From Alphaproteobacteria bacterium RIFCSPHIGHO2_01_FULL_41_14 (GTDB lineage Bacteria > Pseudomonadota > Alphaproteobacteria > UBA7879 > UBA5542), in contig MEMF01000002.1 in NCBI GenBank assembly GCA_001767855.1, positions 168,893 to 232,892 on the forward strand: a stretch of DNA of 64,000 nt, given 5' to 3'. Of the stretch, positions 47,916 to 57,276 are shown one piece after another (position 1 is the first letter of the stretch; each line of letters opens with the position of its first letter). The notes under the pieces were generated by a model, which saw nothing but the letters and a program-made list of their open reading frames with translations, was not told the DNA's origin and did not search any database. A program made the position numbers and the translations under genes.

Positions 47916-48590
47916 TTATTTCCGGGAGGAAAGTTTAGGTGGTGTATATCGATAGATATCGTAAAGACGATTGCCCCAGCGAGGAAATCTATGAGACATG
48001 GGGTTTCCGTGAGCGTCTAAACGAGGAGAAAATCCCAATTTTGTCATGAGTATTTTGGAAGGTGTATTATCAGGGACAATAATGGCTTCTAAGATTTGAT
48101 TCCCAAAGATAGATTTGTGAAACTTCATTAAAAACTGACCCAACTGTTTGCCCAATCCTTTATTCCGATAAGGGGGTAAGAAAGCAAAGTACAACTCTTT
48201 GTAAGGCTCCTCTCGTGTGGAATTTTGAATACCTCCAAACCCCATGATTTTTCCCTCTGGGGACACAATAATGAAACCAAAAGTCAATTGAGGATCTTTA
48301 ATACCAAGACTTTCCAGATCGTTAAAAGTTTGCCAATTAGCAAGGTAATATGCATAGGTATTATCAATGGATTTATCTGGCCATAGGGTACCATCCCGCA
48401 TGGTACGGCAAGTATCTGCATCTTTGAAAATAGTATACATTGCTTTTTTATCTTGGGGATTTCCTGTCACAGGTCGGATAATAGCTTTTGTGCCATCTTT
48501 TAGGTTGACGGTGAGGGTTGTATCAATACTCCACCCCAGTAAGGGGAGGAAAAACAGCGATACAGCAACTATTAACGATTTAAAATTCAT
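47916..48590 (-). CDS. GNAT-family N-acetyltransferase with an N-terminal signal peptide
   Basis: Signal-peptide-like N-terminus (MNFKSLIVAVSLFFLPLLGWS). GNAT acetyl-CoA motif (YRNKGLGKQLGQFLM) and motif B (ILEAIIVPDNTPSKILMTKLGF). Confidence 0.6.
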   Translation of the reverse strand: MNFKSLIVAVSLFFLPLLGWSIDTTLTVNLKDGTKAIIRPVTGNPQDKKAMYTIFKDADTCRTMRDGTLWPDKSIDNTYAYYLANWQTFNDLESLGIKDPQLTFGFIIVSPEGKIMGFGGIQNSTREEPYKELYFAFLPPYRNKGLGKQLGQFLMKFHKSIFGNQILEAIIVPDNTPSKILMTKLGFSPRLDAHGNPMSHRFPRWGNRLYDIYRYTPPKLSSRK

Positions 48591-48599
48591 ATCCTAATT

Positions 48600-49535
48600 C
48601 TATAACCTGAAGTTCAAAGAAGATAAATATAAATAATGTAGCCGTTTCATTTCTCTTCTTGAATACTTGATGCTCTCTAAGATGACCCCACATGTTAAAC
48701 TTAGAAAAGAAAGAATCATTAAGCTGGAACATAAGAGGGCTGTCGGAAGGCGCGGCACGAGACCTGTCTCGATGTAAGTGAAGACAAGAGGTAAACTTAA
48801 GAAGAAGGCAACACTTGTTAAGAAAAAGGAAATAATTCCAAAAAACAAAAAAGGCCTCAATTCTTTAAACAAGAAAATCATTCGTCTTAAAATTAGAAAA
48901 CCATCAGACCATGTTTTTAGTTTGCTAACGGATCCCTCGGGGCGTGTTTGATAGGATGTATTGATTTCTTTTACAGGGAGATTAAGATCAAGGGCATGGA
49001 CACTTAATTCTGTTTCAATATCGAAGCCTGAGGTCATAGCAGGAAAGGATTTGACAAACCTGTGGGAAAAAACTCTATACCCCGAAAAAATATCTTTAAA
49101 TTGGCTATTGAAAAAAAATCTCAAGATCCAATTAAATAAATGGTTTCCCCAATTATGGTTTACGGGATAAGCACTTTTGGGGGCTTGACGCACCCCTATC
49201 ACCATATCCAGTTGCTCTGTTTGTAGGGCAGAGATCATGGCTTGCACCTCTTTCGGGTTATAGGTGTCATCCCCATCTACCATAATATAGATGGTTGCTT
49301 GTACCTCTCGGAACAGTCTACGAACAGCGCTGCCTTTACCTTTCGTGGGCTCATGCAGGACCAATGCACCTGCTTTCCGAGCAACCTCTGTTGTGCGATC
49401 TGTTGAGTTGTTGTCGCAAATAACAACCAATAAATTAGGAACGGCTTTTTTAAAGTCTTCAATAACCTTCTTAATGGTCAGTTCTTCGTTATAACAAGGA
49501 ACAATGAGGGCAATGGTTTGTTGTTTGGCGGTCAT
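48600..49535 (-). CDS. GT2 polyprenyl-phosphate sugar synthase (ArnC/DPM1/Ppm1-like)
   Basis: Begins IALIVPCYNEE, with a DxD motif (VDGDDTY) and two C-terminal transmembrane helices as in ArnC/GtrB. Confidence 0.8.
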   Translation of the reverse strand: MTAKQQTIALIVPCYNEELTIKKVIEDFKKAVPNLLVVICDNNSTDRTTEVARKAGALVLHEPTKGKGSAVRRLFREVQATIYIMVDGDDTYNPKEVQAMISALQTEQLDMVIGVRQAPKSAYPVNHNWGNHLFNWILRFFFNSQFKDIFSGYRVFSHRFVKSFPAMTSGFDIETELSVHALDLNLPVKEINTSYQTRPEGSVSKLKTWSDGFLILRRMIFLFKELRPFLFFGIISFFLTSVAFFLSLPLVFTYIETGLVPRLPTALLCSSLMILSFLSLTCGVILESIKYSRREMKRLHYLYLSSLNFRL

Positions 49536-50995
49536 TTATGTTTATGATCCATGAATAAAGTTAGGGTGGAAAGAAAAAGTATACAAAGACAGGGCCAAAA
49601 ACTCAACGCGTACCGTCCGAGGCCGGCTTGGGTGCAGGCGATGGCAATGAACCCGGCTTGGAGTGTTAGGGCGGAAAGGGTTCCAAGAACCAGGGGGTTA
49701 GAAATAGGTTTTTTTCTAAATTTATAGATTAAGGATAAGAGAGGTATCAAGAGGGACAAAATAAAACCAAGGCCTAACATCATTCGAATTCCGTACACAA
49801 TGAACGGATTTCCCAGTTTTTGATTAAATTTGTGGCGCATCTCAGGTTCTTGATAGGTTCCCATGATGGGAAGGGGGGTGTGGGTTTCAAGGTAGGACTT
49901 AAAATCACCATCTTCCTGATAGGTGCAAAGGTCCCCTAATTGCCATAAGGCCCAGTAATTCATCCAAATATCCCCGAGATAAGCTTTGGGAGAGCCTTTA
50001 ATCAAAGATATGGCAGCTTTTTTCCAAAAATCATCTTGTTCACTGGGGGGAAGGCTTGGTGTTTCGGAGCTGACACGCTGACGAATCGTATCATAGTAAG
50101 GACTCGTGAGCAGATATTTTAGGTGTAGAGAGGGTGCTTTATTTAGAACAAGCTGTACGGCAACAGATTCTTTTCTTGTGTTTGGAAAAGGGCTGTTAAG
50201 GACGTCCTCCGTTGGGATGGCGATTAATGCTTTTCCTATAAGGTTATGCCCCAAAAAAGCCTCGGTTTTAAAGAACCCATGTCGGAAAAATTGTGCTGTG
50301 CTGCCCAAGAGCAGAAAAGAAGCAATAACAAAAAATCCTATGATCACTTGTTTAGAGAGTTTTTCTTTTAAGGAAGAGCCTTGAAAGAAGGAAAGGCCAA
50401 GAGGCAAAAGGCATAGAATAATGGACAAAGGGCGTATGAGCGCAGCCATTCCGACGACAAGGCACAGACCATAATAATATTTAGTTTCCTTTGACTGAGA
50501 CGCTTTTATGGTGAGGGCAAGTCCCATCATGAGAAAGGATTGTGCGGGGGAATCTGTCAAAAGGGAGAACGAAAGTTTTGCGAAAGGAATGTTAAACAGC
50601 AGAGCGAAGAGTAGGATGATTGATAAGAGGGAGGATCGCGTCATTTGCAAAAATGAAGCACTCAGAAAGTAGGCAGAAAAACAGAAAAAGAAAATTTGCA
50701 GAGAAGGAATGGGCTCATATGAATGAAAGAGAAAATGGATTCCCTTTAAAAACAGCGGGTATCCGAGAGAGCGTTGCGAAGAAAAATTGATATAACCTAG
50801 GGAATCTGGTTTCAACAGGGATTCGTCACAAAAGAGCCATAGATAAACAAGGCCCAATAAAAAGGAACATATTCCTAAAACAAAACGAAAATCGTTTTTC
50901 TTTTGTAAAGACCAAAAAGCGTGCATCTGTTGATAAAATAGTCTAGTTTTTATTCTTAATAAAAGAACCATGAAAGATTTTCCGAGAAAAAGCAA
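49532..50995 (-). CDS. GT-C fold polyprenyl-phosphate-sugar-dependent glycosyltransferase (ArnT/PMT-like, GT83/GT39)
   Basis: Polytopic (>10 TM), with a DE motif in the first periplasmic loop (LFCDESLL). It overlaps the downstream GT2 gene by 4 nt. Confidence 0.55.
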   Translation of the reverse strand: MLFLGKSFMVLLLRIKTRLFYQQMHAFWSLQKKNDFRFVLGICSFLLGLVYLWLFCDESLLKPDSLGYINFSSQRSLGYPLFLKGIHFLFHSYEPIPSLQIFFFCFSAYFLSASFLQMTRSSLLSIILLFALLFNIPFAKLSFSLLTDSPAQSFLMMGLALTIKASQSKETKYYYGLCLVVGMAALIRPLSIILCLLPLGLSFFQGSSLKEKLSKQVIIGFFVIASFLLLGSTAQFFRHGFFKTEAFLGHNLIGKALIAIPTEDVLNSPFPNTRKESVAVQLVLNKAPSLHLKYLLTSPYYDTIRQRVSSETPSLPPSEQDDFWKKAAISLIKGSPKAYLGDIWMNYWALWQLGDLCTYQEDGDFKSYLETHTPLPIMGTYQEPEMRHKFNQKLGNPFIVYGIRMMLGLGFILSLLIPLLSLIYKFRKKPISNPLVLGTLSALTLQAGFIAIACTQAGLGRYALSFWPCLCILFLSTLTLFMDHKHK

Positions 50996-50996
50996 G

Positions 50997-52010
50997 ATGT
51001 CTTTAATTGTACTGGGTATTGAAACGAGTTGTGATGAAACGGCTGCGGCGGTCGTAACGAAAGAAGGGGCTATTCTTTCTAATATTGTTTTTTCCCAAAT
51101 TAAGGACCATGTTCCTTTCGGGGGTGTTATTCCTGAAGTATCGGCTCGAAATCATCTCTCTGCCCTGCGGCACATTGTTTTAGAAGCCATGAGCCAATCA
51201 GGTATTTCTTTTGATCAGCTGGATGGTGTGGCGGCGACTTGTGGGCCCGGATTGATAGGAGGCGTATTGGTCGGAGCGATGATGGGAAAGTCCATCGCGG
51301 CTTTTCATCAAAAGCCTTTTCTGGCCGTGAATCACCTAGAGGGACATGCATTGACAGCCAGACTAACAGATAAAGTCAAATTTCCTTACCTCTTATTATT
51401 GGTCTCAGGGGGGCACACCCAACTTATCCATGTCCTTGATGTGGGCAACTATAAAGTATTGGGGACGACCTTAGATGATGCGGTGGGAGAGTGTTTTGAT
51501 AAGGTAGCAAAAATGTTAGACTTGCCTTATCCAGGAGGTCCCGCTCTTGAGAAGATCGCTGAAACGGGAAATTCAAAACGGTTTCTTTTTCCGAAACCCT
51601 TGTTCCATACATCTGCCTGTGACTTTTCGTTTTCCGGTTTAAAAACAGCTGTGAGATACGAGATTGAAAAACTCAAACCGATGGATGATGTAACAAAGGC
51701 AGATGTGGCTGCGTCTTTCCAGGCAGCAATTGTTGGGGTATTAGAGAAAAAAGTGACGTTAGCTCTGGAAAAAAACAGTGATTTAAAAACTTTTGTCGTT
51801 GCAGGAGGAGTGGGCGCCAATACATCCATTCGTCTTGCGTTGCAAGGGGTATGTCGTTCACAGGGGATTTCTTTTGTGGCCCCTCCCATTTCTCTCTGTA
51901 CAGATAATGGAGCCATGATTGCTTGGGCAGGGCTCGAGCATCTTCGTAAAGGGGATATCTCTCAACTTGATTTTATGCCCAGGCCCCGGTGGCCCTTGGC
52001 GCCCTCTTGA
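50997..52010 (+). CDS. tsaD: tRNA N6-adenosine threonylcarbamoyltransferase TsaD
   Basis: Begins MSLIVLGIETSCDETAAAVV, with HxxGH (NHLEGHA) and GGVGAN motifs. The start at 50997 avoids overlap with the divergent GT-C gene. Confidence 0.9.
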   Translation: MSLIVLGIETSCDETAAAVVTKEGAILSNIVFSQIKDHVPFGGVIPEVSARNHLSALRHIVLEAMSQSGISFDQLDGVAATCGPGLIGGVLVGAMMGKSIAAFHQKPFLAVNHLEGHALTARLTDKVKFPYLLLLVSGGHTQLIHVLDVGNYKVLGTTLDDAVGECFDKVAKMLDLPYPGGPALEKIAETGNSKRFLFPKPLFHTSACDFSFSGLKTAVRYEIEKLKPMDDVTKADVAASFQAAIVGVLEKKVTLALEKNSDLKTFVVAGGVGANTSIRLALQGVCRSQGISFVAPPISLCTDNGAMIAWAGLEHLRKGDISQLDFMPRPRWPLAPS

Positions 52011-52076
52011 CCTTAGTCGTTGCTCCCCCCTTTTTTTTTGAGTACACTCTTTTAAGAGGAGTTGGCAACAGGGGGT
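51988..52076. repeat. leader repeat copy A (about 90 bp, shared with 53848-53931)
   Basis: Runs ggtggccc..ttgacctta..gctcccccc-T9-GAGTACACTCTTttAAGAGGAGTTGGCAACAGGGGGT-ATG. It contains the palindrome CTCTT..AAGAG and a C6T9 homopolymer junction, and overlaps the last 23 nt of tsaD. Confidence 0.7.
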
Positions 52077-52925
52077 ATGACAAAAGTTTTTCGATTTTTT
52101 CCCAGGTTTTTTGTCCCAATTTTTTTTCTTTCCGTGGTTTTTTCAAACACTAGTTTTCCCACCACGTATCATATCCAAAAGATTAAAGAGAGAGGCTATC
52201 TGATTGTGGCCATGATTGATCAGGATGATTCCCCTTATGCTATGAAAGATCTTAAAGGTCAAGCTGTTGGCATTGATATTGGTTTGGCCAAAGATATTGC
52301 CAAGGATCTCGGGGTAGAATTGCAAATTCTAAGGTCTGCAGCAACCCATGATGAGGTTGTCGAGCAGGTTTTTCAGGGAAAAGCGGACATAGGGATTTCA
52401 GAGTTAAGTATCACCTTAGCGCGGGCAGAAAAGATTAATTACTCTAATCCTTACGTTTTGGTAAAAAAAGCGGTTCTTCTCAATCGTGGGCATTTTTTTC
52501 ATTTAAGGAAAAACGCAGAGGAAAGCCTTCTCTCATTTTTGACAGGTGACCATAAGCTTGGCGTCAGAAAGGGCAGTTCATATGTTGGGTTTGCTAAATT
52601 TCAATTTCCTCAAGCAAAAATCGCGGAATATCCAACCAAAAGAGATTTGATGGATGCATTGGACAAAGGGCTTATTGCTGGGGTTCTTTGGGATGAGTTT
52701 GAGTTAGAAAGTGCGCTGCTGTCACTCAGGGAGGGGCCTCTACGGTATATCGCTGTTGTGATGGATATTCCTCCAGATCAAGTGGCAATGATCTTACCAA
52801 AAGATGATCTGAATTTTTTGCGATGGATAAATGCCTTTTTAGAATTAAATAGAGAAACCCTCTACATAAATGATTTGTTGAAAATGTATTTTACTCACTT
52901 AAAACAAATAAAAGTGGATGTCTAG
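52077..52925 (+). CDS. periplasmic solute-binding protein, SBP_bac_3 family (paralogue 1)
   Basis: Signal peptide followed by RGYLIVAMI..GIDIGLAKDIAKDLGVELQI...VEQVFQGKADIGIS, the type II SBP fold. Preferred start is MTKVF at 52077. Confidence 0.7.
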   Translation: MTKVFRFFPRFFVPIFFLSVVFSNTSFPTTYHIQKIKERGYLIVAMIDQDDSPYAMKDLKGQAVGIDIGLAKDIAKDLGVELQILRSAATHDEVVEQVFQGKADIGISELSITLARAEKINYSNPYVLVKKAVLLNRGHFFHLRKNAEESLLSFLTGDHKLGVRKGSSYVGFAKFQFPQAKIAEYPTKRDLMDALDKGLIAGVLWDEFELESALLSLREGPLRYIAVVMDIPPDQVAMILPKDDLNFLRWINAFLELNRETLYINDLLKMYFTHLKQIKVDV

Positions 52926-53786
52926 ATGACAAAAAATTTTAGATTCTTTTCTCAATTTTTCGTCCTGGTTCTCTTTCTGTTGGGGGGGGTTCCACTTTTC
53001 AGTTTTTCAAAGACACACTCTGTCCAACCCGTTCCGGATTCTATCCAAAAGATTAAAGACAGAGGGTATCTGATCGTCTCCATGATCAGAGAAGACGATC
53101 CCCCTTATGTGATGAAGAACCCTCAAGGACAGATGATCGGTATTGATATCAGTCTAGCGCAGGATATCGCGAAAAACATGGGGGTAGACTTGAAAATCTT
53201 AAGAACGGCGACAACCTATGATGACGTTGTTGAGCAGGTTTTTCAAGGAAAAGCAGACATAGGCATTTCAAATCTCAGCATTACCCTGGGGCGCGCAGAA
53301 AAGGTTAATTATTCAAGTCCTTATGTGTCATTAAAAAAAACAATTCTTCTCAATCGTGGGCATTTTTTTCGCACAAGGCAAAGAGAAAATGATAGCCTCG
53401 AGTCATTTTTTCAAAAAGGTCATAAGCTTGGGGTGATGAAGGGGAGCTCCTATGTGGAATTTTCCAAGATGTATTTCCCAAAGGCGGAAATCGCAGAATA
53501 CCCAACGAAAGAGGATTTGCTCCACGCTCTGGATACCCAACAAATTGCAGGGGTTTTTTGGGATGAATTCGAGATGGAAAAGGTGATTTTCTTAAGCCCA
53601 GGAGGTCCTATACGATATTTTGTCGTTAAGATGAATGTTCCCTCAGATAAATCGGCAATGGTTTTGCCAAAACAAGATCTAGATTTTTTGCAGTGGGTTG
53701 ATACTTTTTTAGAATTGAGCAGAAGAACTTTTAAAATACAGGATGTATTAAACATGTATATGGCCCACTTAAGAGAAAAAAAGTAA
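52926..53786 (+). CDS. periplasmic solute-binding protein, SBP_bac_3 family (paralogue 2)
   Basis: About 65-70% identical to paralogues 1 and 3. Its ATG directly abuts the TAG of paralogue 1. Confidence 0.7.
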   Translation: MTKNFRFFSQFFVLVLFLLGGVPLFSFSKTHSVQPVPDSIQKIKDRGYLIVSMIREDDPPYVMKNPQGQMIGIDISLAQDIAKNMGVDLKILRTATTYDDVVEQVFQGKADIGISNLSITLGRAEKVNYSSPYVSLKKTILLNRGHFFRTRQRENDSLESFFQKGHKLGVMKGSSYVEFSKMYFPKAEIAEYPTKEDLLHALDTQQIAGVFWDEFEMEKVIFLSPGGPIRYFVVKMNVPSDKSAMVLPKQDLDFLQWVDTFLELSRRTFKIQDVLNMYMAHLREKK

Positions 53787-53847
53787 AATCCCAAAGGTCA
53801 GGTTGGTTTTGAGTGGGAACTCGGCCATTATTTGAGAAAGTTGTTCT

Positions 53848-53931
53848 GGCGGCCCTGGTCCTGCTGACCTTAATCATTGCTCCTCCCTTTTTTTTTGAGT
53901 ACACTCTTAAGAGGGATTGGCAACAGGGGAT
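53848..53931. repeat. leader repeat copy B
   Basis: Runs ggcggccc..ctgacctta..gctcctccc-T10-GAGTACACTCTTAAGAGGGATTGGCAACAGGGGAT-ATG. The palindrome CTCTTAAGAG is perfect here. Confidence 0.7.
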
Positions 53932-54768
53932 ATGACAAAAAGTTTTCATTTTTTTTCTAGGTTGTTTATCTTTACGCTTTTTCTTTCCGTGGTTTTTTCA
54001 AACACTAGTTTTCCCACCACGAATTATATTCAAAAGATTAAAGACAGAGGGTATCTCATTGTGGCTATGATTGGGCATGATGCTCCTCCCTATGAGATGA
54101 AGAATTCCCAAGGTCAAGCTATTGGCATTGATGTGAGCTTAGCCAAAGATATCGCCAAGGACCTTGGGGTAGAATTACAAATTCTAAGAACGGCAACAAC
54201 TTATGATGAAGTTGTTGAGCAAGTTTTCCAGGGAAAAGCAGACTTAGGAATATCGAATCTCAGCATTACCTTGGGGCGTGCAGAAAAGGTTAATTATTCA
54301 AGTCCTTATGTGTCGTTAAAAAAAACGGTCCTTCTGAATCGTGCCAATTTTTTTCGCACAAGGCAAAGACAAGATGATAGCCTCGAGTCTTTTTTTCGAA
54401 ATGGTCATAAGCTTGGGGTGATGAAGGGGACTTCCTATGTTGAGTTTGCGAGACTTCAATTTCCCCAGGCAGAAATCGTGGAATATTCAAACGAGGATGA
54501 GTTGATTAAAGCGTTGGCTGTTCGCCAGATTGCGGGGATTTTTTGGGATGAATTTGAGTTGGAGCGAATACTTATTTTGTATAAAGAGGGGCCCATACGA
54601 TATATCGCTGTTGTGATGGATGTTTCTTCAGATAAAGCGGGCATCGCTGTACCAAAAGGAGATCTGAATTTTTTGAGATGGATTAATACTTTTTTACAGC
54701 TAAACAGAAAACCTCTTGAAATATCTGATTTGTTAAAAATACATCTGTCCAATTTGAATAAAAAATAG
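53932..54768 (+). CDS. periplasmic solute-binding protein, SBP_bac_3 family (paralogue 3)
   Basis: The N-terminus (FLSVVFSNTSFPTT) matches paralogue 1. The central part (GRAEKVNYSSPYVSLKKT, FFRTRQR..DSLESFF..GHKLGVMKG) matches paralogue 2, so the gene is mosaic. Confidence 0.7.
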   Translation: MTKSFHFFSRLFIFTLFLSVVFSNTSFPTTNYIQKIKDRGYLIVAMIGHDAPPYEMKNSQGQAIGIDVSLAKDIAKDLGVELQILRTATTYDEVVEQVFQGKADLGISNLSITLGRAEKVNYSSPYVSLKKTVLLNRANFFRTRQRQDDSLESFFRNGHKLGVMKGTSYVEFARLQFPQAEIVEYSNEDELIKALAVRQIAGIFWDEFELERILILYKEGPIRYIAVVMDVSSDKAGIAVPKGDLNFLRWINTFLQLNRKPLEISDLLKIHLSNLNKK

Positions 54769-54777
54769 GAGCTTGAA

Positions 54778-56034
54778 ATGAAATTAACGCAAAATAAGTT
54801 TGTTAATCCTTTAAACATGTTTTTAGCAGTTGTCTTAGGCATCTGTGTGGGTGTGTTTTTCCCTTTTTTGACGCGCAGCGTCGAGGGAGTTAATGGCGTT
54901 CTTTCTAATCTGCTCACCATGTGTGTGATTCCCATTGTAGTTAGTTCGTTGATTGTAGAAATCGGATCCTTTTTGAGATCTACGCAGCGCTCGAGTATGA
55001 AAAAATTTGCTCTCATTAGCGTTGCAGCCGGTTTAGGTCTTTCCCTTTTTTCGGCAGGAATGGGTGTTCTTTTTCAACCAGGAAAGCATATTAGTTTTGA
55101 CAAAAAATCAGATCTTTCCTCAAAAGTTCTTGAAGAGGCCATCATTGAGCGTGCGCCTAACCAGCCTATCGAGACGCTGCGCCAAGAAAACTTTTTCGAT
55201 TTTTTTGAAAAAGCGGTTCCCAAAAATATTTTTGGAGCCTTTACCGATAACAAAACTTTTCAGATTATCTTATTTACCATTATTTTTGCGATTTCTTTGT
55301 CTCACTGCCCTAAAGCACCAGTTTTAGAAAACTTTTTTGAGGCGACGAGGGATGCCTTTCTAAAGATATTCTCCTATGGCCTCTTCTTTCTTCCCGTTCT
55401 AGTGTTTACATCCACCTCTTTATCTATTTCTAAAATAGGATTGTATGTTTTTCTAGATATGCTGCCCTTCTTACAGATTATATTTTTACAATTTGTACTT
55501 GTTTTTTTAGGCAATTTGCTCATCCTCCGGTACAGATTGAAAATCCCTATCCTGTCTATTCTTAAAGATTTACAAAACCCGGCCTTGATTGCCTTTAGTG
55601 GATCAACGCTGGCGGCGACAATTCCGACCCTTTCTTTTTTTAAGAATACCGGGGAAAAGGGTCAGCAATTCATGACCATTGTCACACCGATCGCGATGTT
55701 TTTGAACCAGTATGGAAGCATCATTTATTTTTCTTTTTCTTGTTTTTTCATTGCGCAGGTATATGGACATCCATTCTCTTTTGAGGAGGCCCTTTTTATT
55801 ATTGTTATTTCTGTTGTTGGAGGGATGGCAGTAGGTGCCAATGATGGCATTAGAGGCGTTTTGCTCATTTCTATCTTGGATCCTGTGCACGTATCGGCAG
55901 GACAGCTTGTTTTAATTTTGGCGGGCCTTGATTTCTTGGTGTCGCCGTTTATTTCCATGATAACGGTTCAAACCAATATCACGATTCTTTCCTTTCTTTC
56001 AGAACAGAGGAAAAGAGCTATCTTGACGACTTAA
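54778..56034 (+). CDS. dicarboxylate/amino acid:cation symporter (DAACS / GltP family)
   Basis: 418-aa polytopic protein with a GltP-like N-terminus (MFLAVVLGICVGVFFP) and reentrant-loop-like Ser/Gly-rich segments. Confidence 0.7.
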   Translation: MKLTQNKFVNPLNMFLAVVLGICVGVFFPFLTRSVEGVNGVLSNLLTMCVIPIVVSSLIVEIGSFLRSTQRSSMKKFALISVAAGLGLSLFSAGMGVLFQPGKHISFDKKSDLSSKVLEEAIIERAPNQPIETLRQENFFDFFEKAVPKNIFGAFTDNKTFQIILFTIIFAISLSHCPKAPVLENFFEATRDAFLKIFSYGLFFLPVLVFTSTSLSISKIGLYVFLDMLPFLQIIFLQFVLVFLGNLLILRYRLKIPILSILKDLQNPALIAFSGSTLAATIPTLSFFKNTGEKGQQFMTIVTPIAMFLNQYGSIIYFSFSCFFIAQVYGHPFSFEEALFIIVISVVGGMAVGANDGIRGVLLISILDPVHVSAGQLVLILAGLDFLVSPFISMITVQTNITILSFLSEQRKRAILTT

Positions 56035-57238
56035 AGAGAGTAAACCTATTCTTTCTCGGGATGAAAAAGAATAAACACACGATGCTAAAAATGGCAACAC
56101 AAGCACTGTATTTAAAGGCATAGATGGATCCATAATGCTCCCAGATAACACCTGCTATTTTGCTGGCGATCATGATATCTAAACCCATAACAATGTAGAA
56201 AATACCAAAAGCAGTGCCTCGAATATGTTTTGGAGCATGGTCTGAGACCATGGAGACAAAGATGCTTTGAGTTGTTCCCATCTGAGCGCCCCAGAAAAAA
56301 ACACCTAAATAAATCAATAAAGGAGAAGTCCCATAAATCATGCAGATATTTGCAAGCAACATGAAAGAGAATCCTATTAACAGAATGTTTTGCCTCTGAA
56401 AACGATCAGAGAGGGTACCAATGGGAAAGGCGCTGAGAAATTGACCCATATTAAACATGAGCATGACAAGAGAAATGTACGTAATATTAACACCAGCTTC
56501 GGCCGCTCGGAAAGTTAAGTAAGATTCTCCAAAATGGGACAGCTCATAAACAAAAAGAAGAGCAATAATGCTCCAGTATTCTTTTTTGAGTTCCAAGAGA
56601 GATCGCCAGTGGAATTTCCTTTTATGGTTTGGTTTGTTGAGTTCAATCAACGGGGTTGCTGTGGGCTCTTTAACGCCAAAGATGAAAAGAATTAAGGCAA
56701 TCAAAGCGGGCACAAAGGCACATAAAAACACAAAGCGGATATCATTATTTGTCACCGTCATGATCCAAACAACCAAGGCCGCTCCTATGACGGATCCAGC
56801 TGTCTTTAATGACTTAGATAACCCATAAGAACTGCCTCTTTTGTCTTTGGGAACAAGGTCTCCAATCAAAGCATCTCGAGGGGTTGCTTGCAGTCCGTTC
56901 GTTATGCGATCCAAGGATCTAATGAAAATAACAAGTCCTACAGAAGAGGAGAGTGCAAAAAGAGGTTTCACGAGGGCCGACAATCCATAGCCAAACCCGA
57001 GCACCACTTTTCTATTTTGTAGGATGTCACTAATAGAGCCAGCGACGATGCGCATGGCATAAGAGACAAATTCCACAAAACCATCAATAACACCGACGGT
57101 ATGTTCTGAGACGCCCAGCTCTGTCTTCATAAAGAGGGGCATTTGGCTGAAAACCATAATGGTAGACAAGTTAATGAGAAACCCGGTAAGGCCTAAAATC
57201 CAAATACTGGTAGGAAGTTTAGAAAAAAATTTCTTCAC
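56018..57238 (-). CDS. MFS transporter
   Basis: 12 transmembrane helices in the MFS pattern (G..R..DR..RK after TM2). It overlaps the convergent symporter by 17 nt. Confidence 0.75.
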   Translation of the reverse strand: MKKFFSKLPTSIWILGLTGFLINLSTIMVFSQMPLFMKTELGVSEHTVGVIDGFVEFVSYAMRIVAGSISDILQNRKVVLGFGYGLSALVKPLFALSSSVGLVIFIRSLDRITNGLQATPRDALIGDLVPKDKRGSSYGLSKSLKTAGSVIGAALVVWIMTVTNNDIRFVFLCAFVPALIALILFIFGVKEPTATPLIELNKPNHKRKFHWRSLLELKKEYWSIIALLFVYELSHFGESYLTFRAAEAGVNITYISLVMLMFNMGQFLSAFPIGTLSDRFQRQNILLIGFSFMLLANICMIYGTSPLLIYLGVFFWGAQMGTTQSIFVSMVSDHAPKHIRGTAFGIFYIVMGLDIMIASKIAGVIWEHYGSIYAFKYSACVAIFSIVCLFFFIPRKNRFTLFKSSR

Positions 57239-57276
57239 TGAATGTATGCCTAGTCTAAATTTGAGATTTTTTGAGC

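Noticed and set aside
54456-55016. 186-aa minus-strand ORF spanning the end of SBP paralogue 3 and the start of the DAACS gene
   Set aside because: It is antisense to two well-supported genes and to their 10-nt junction.
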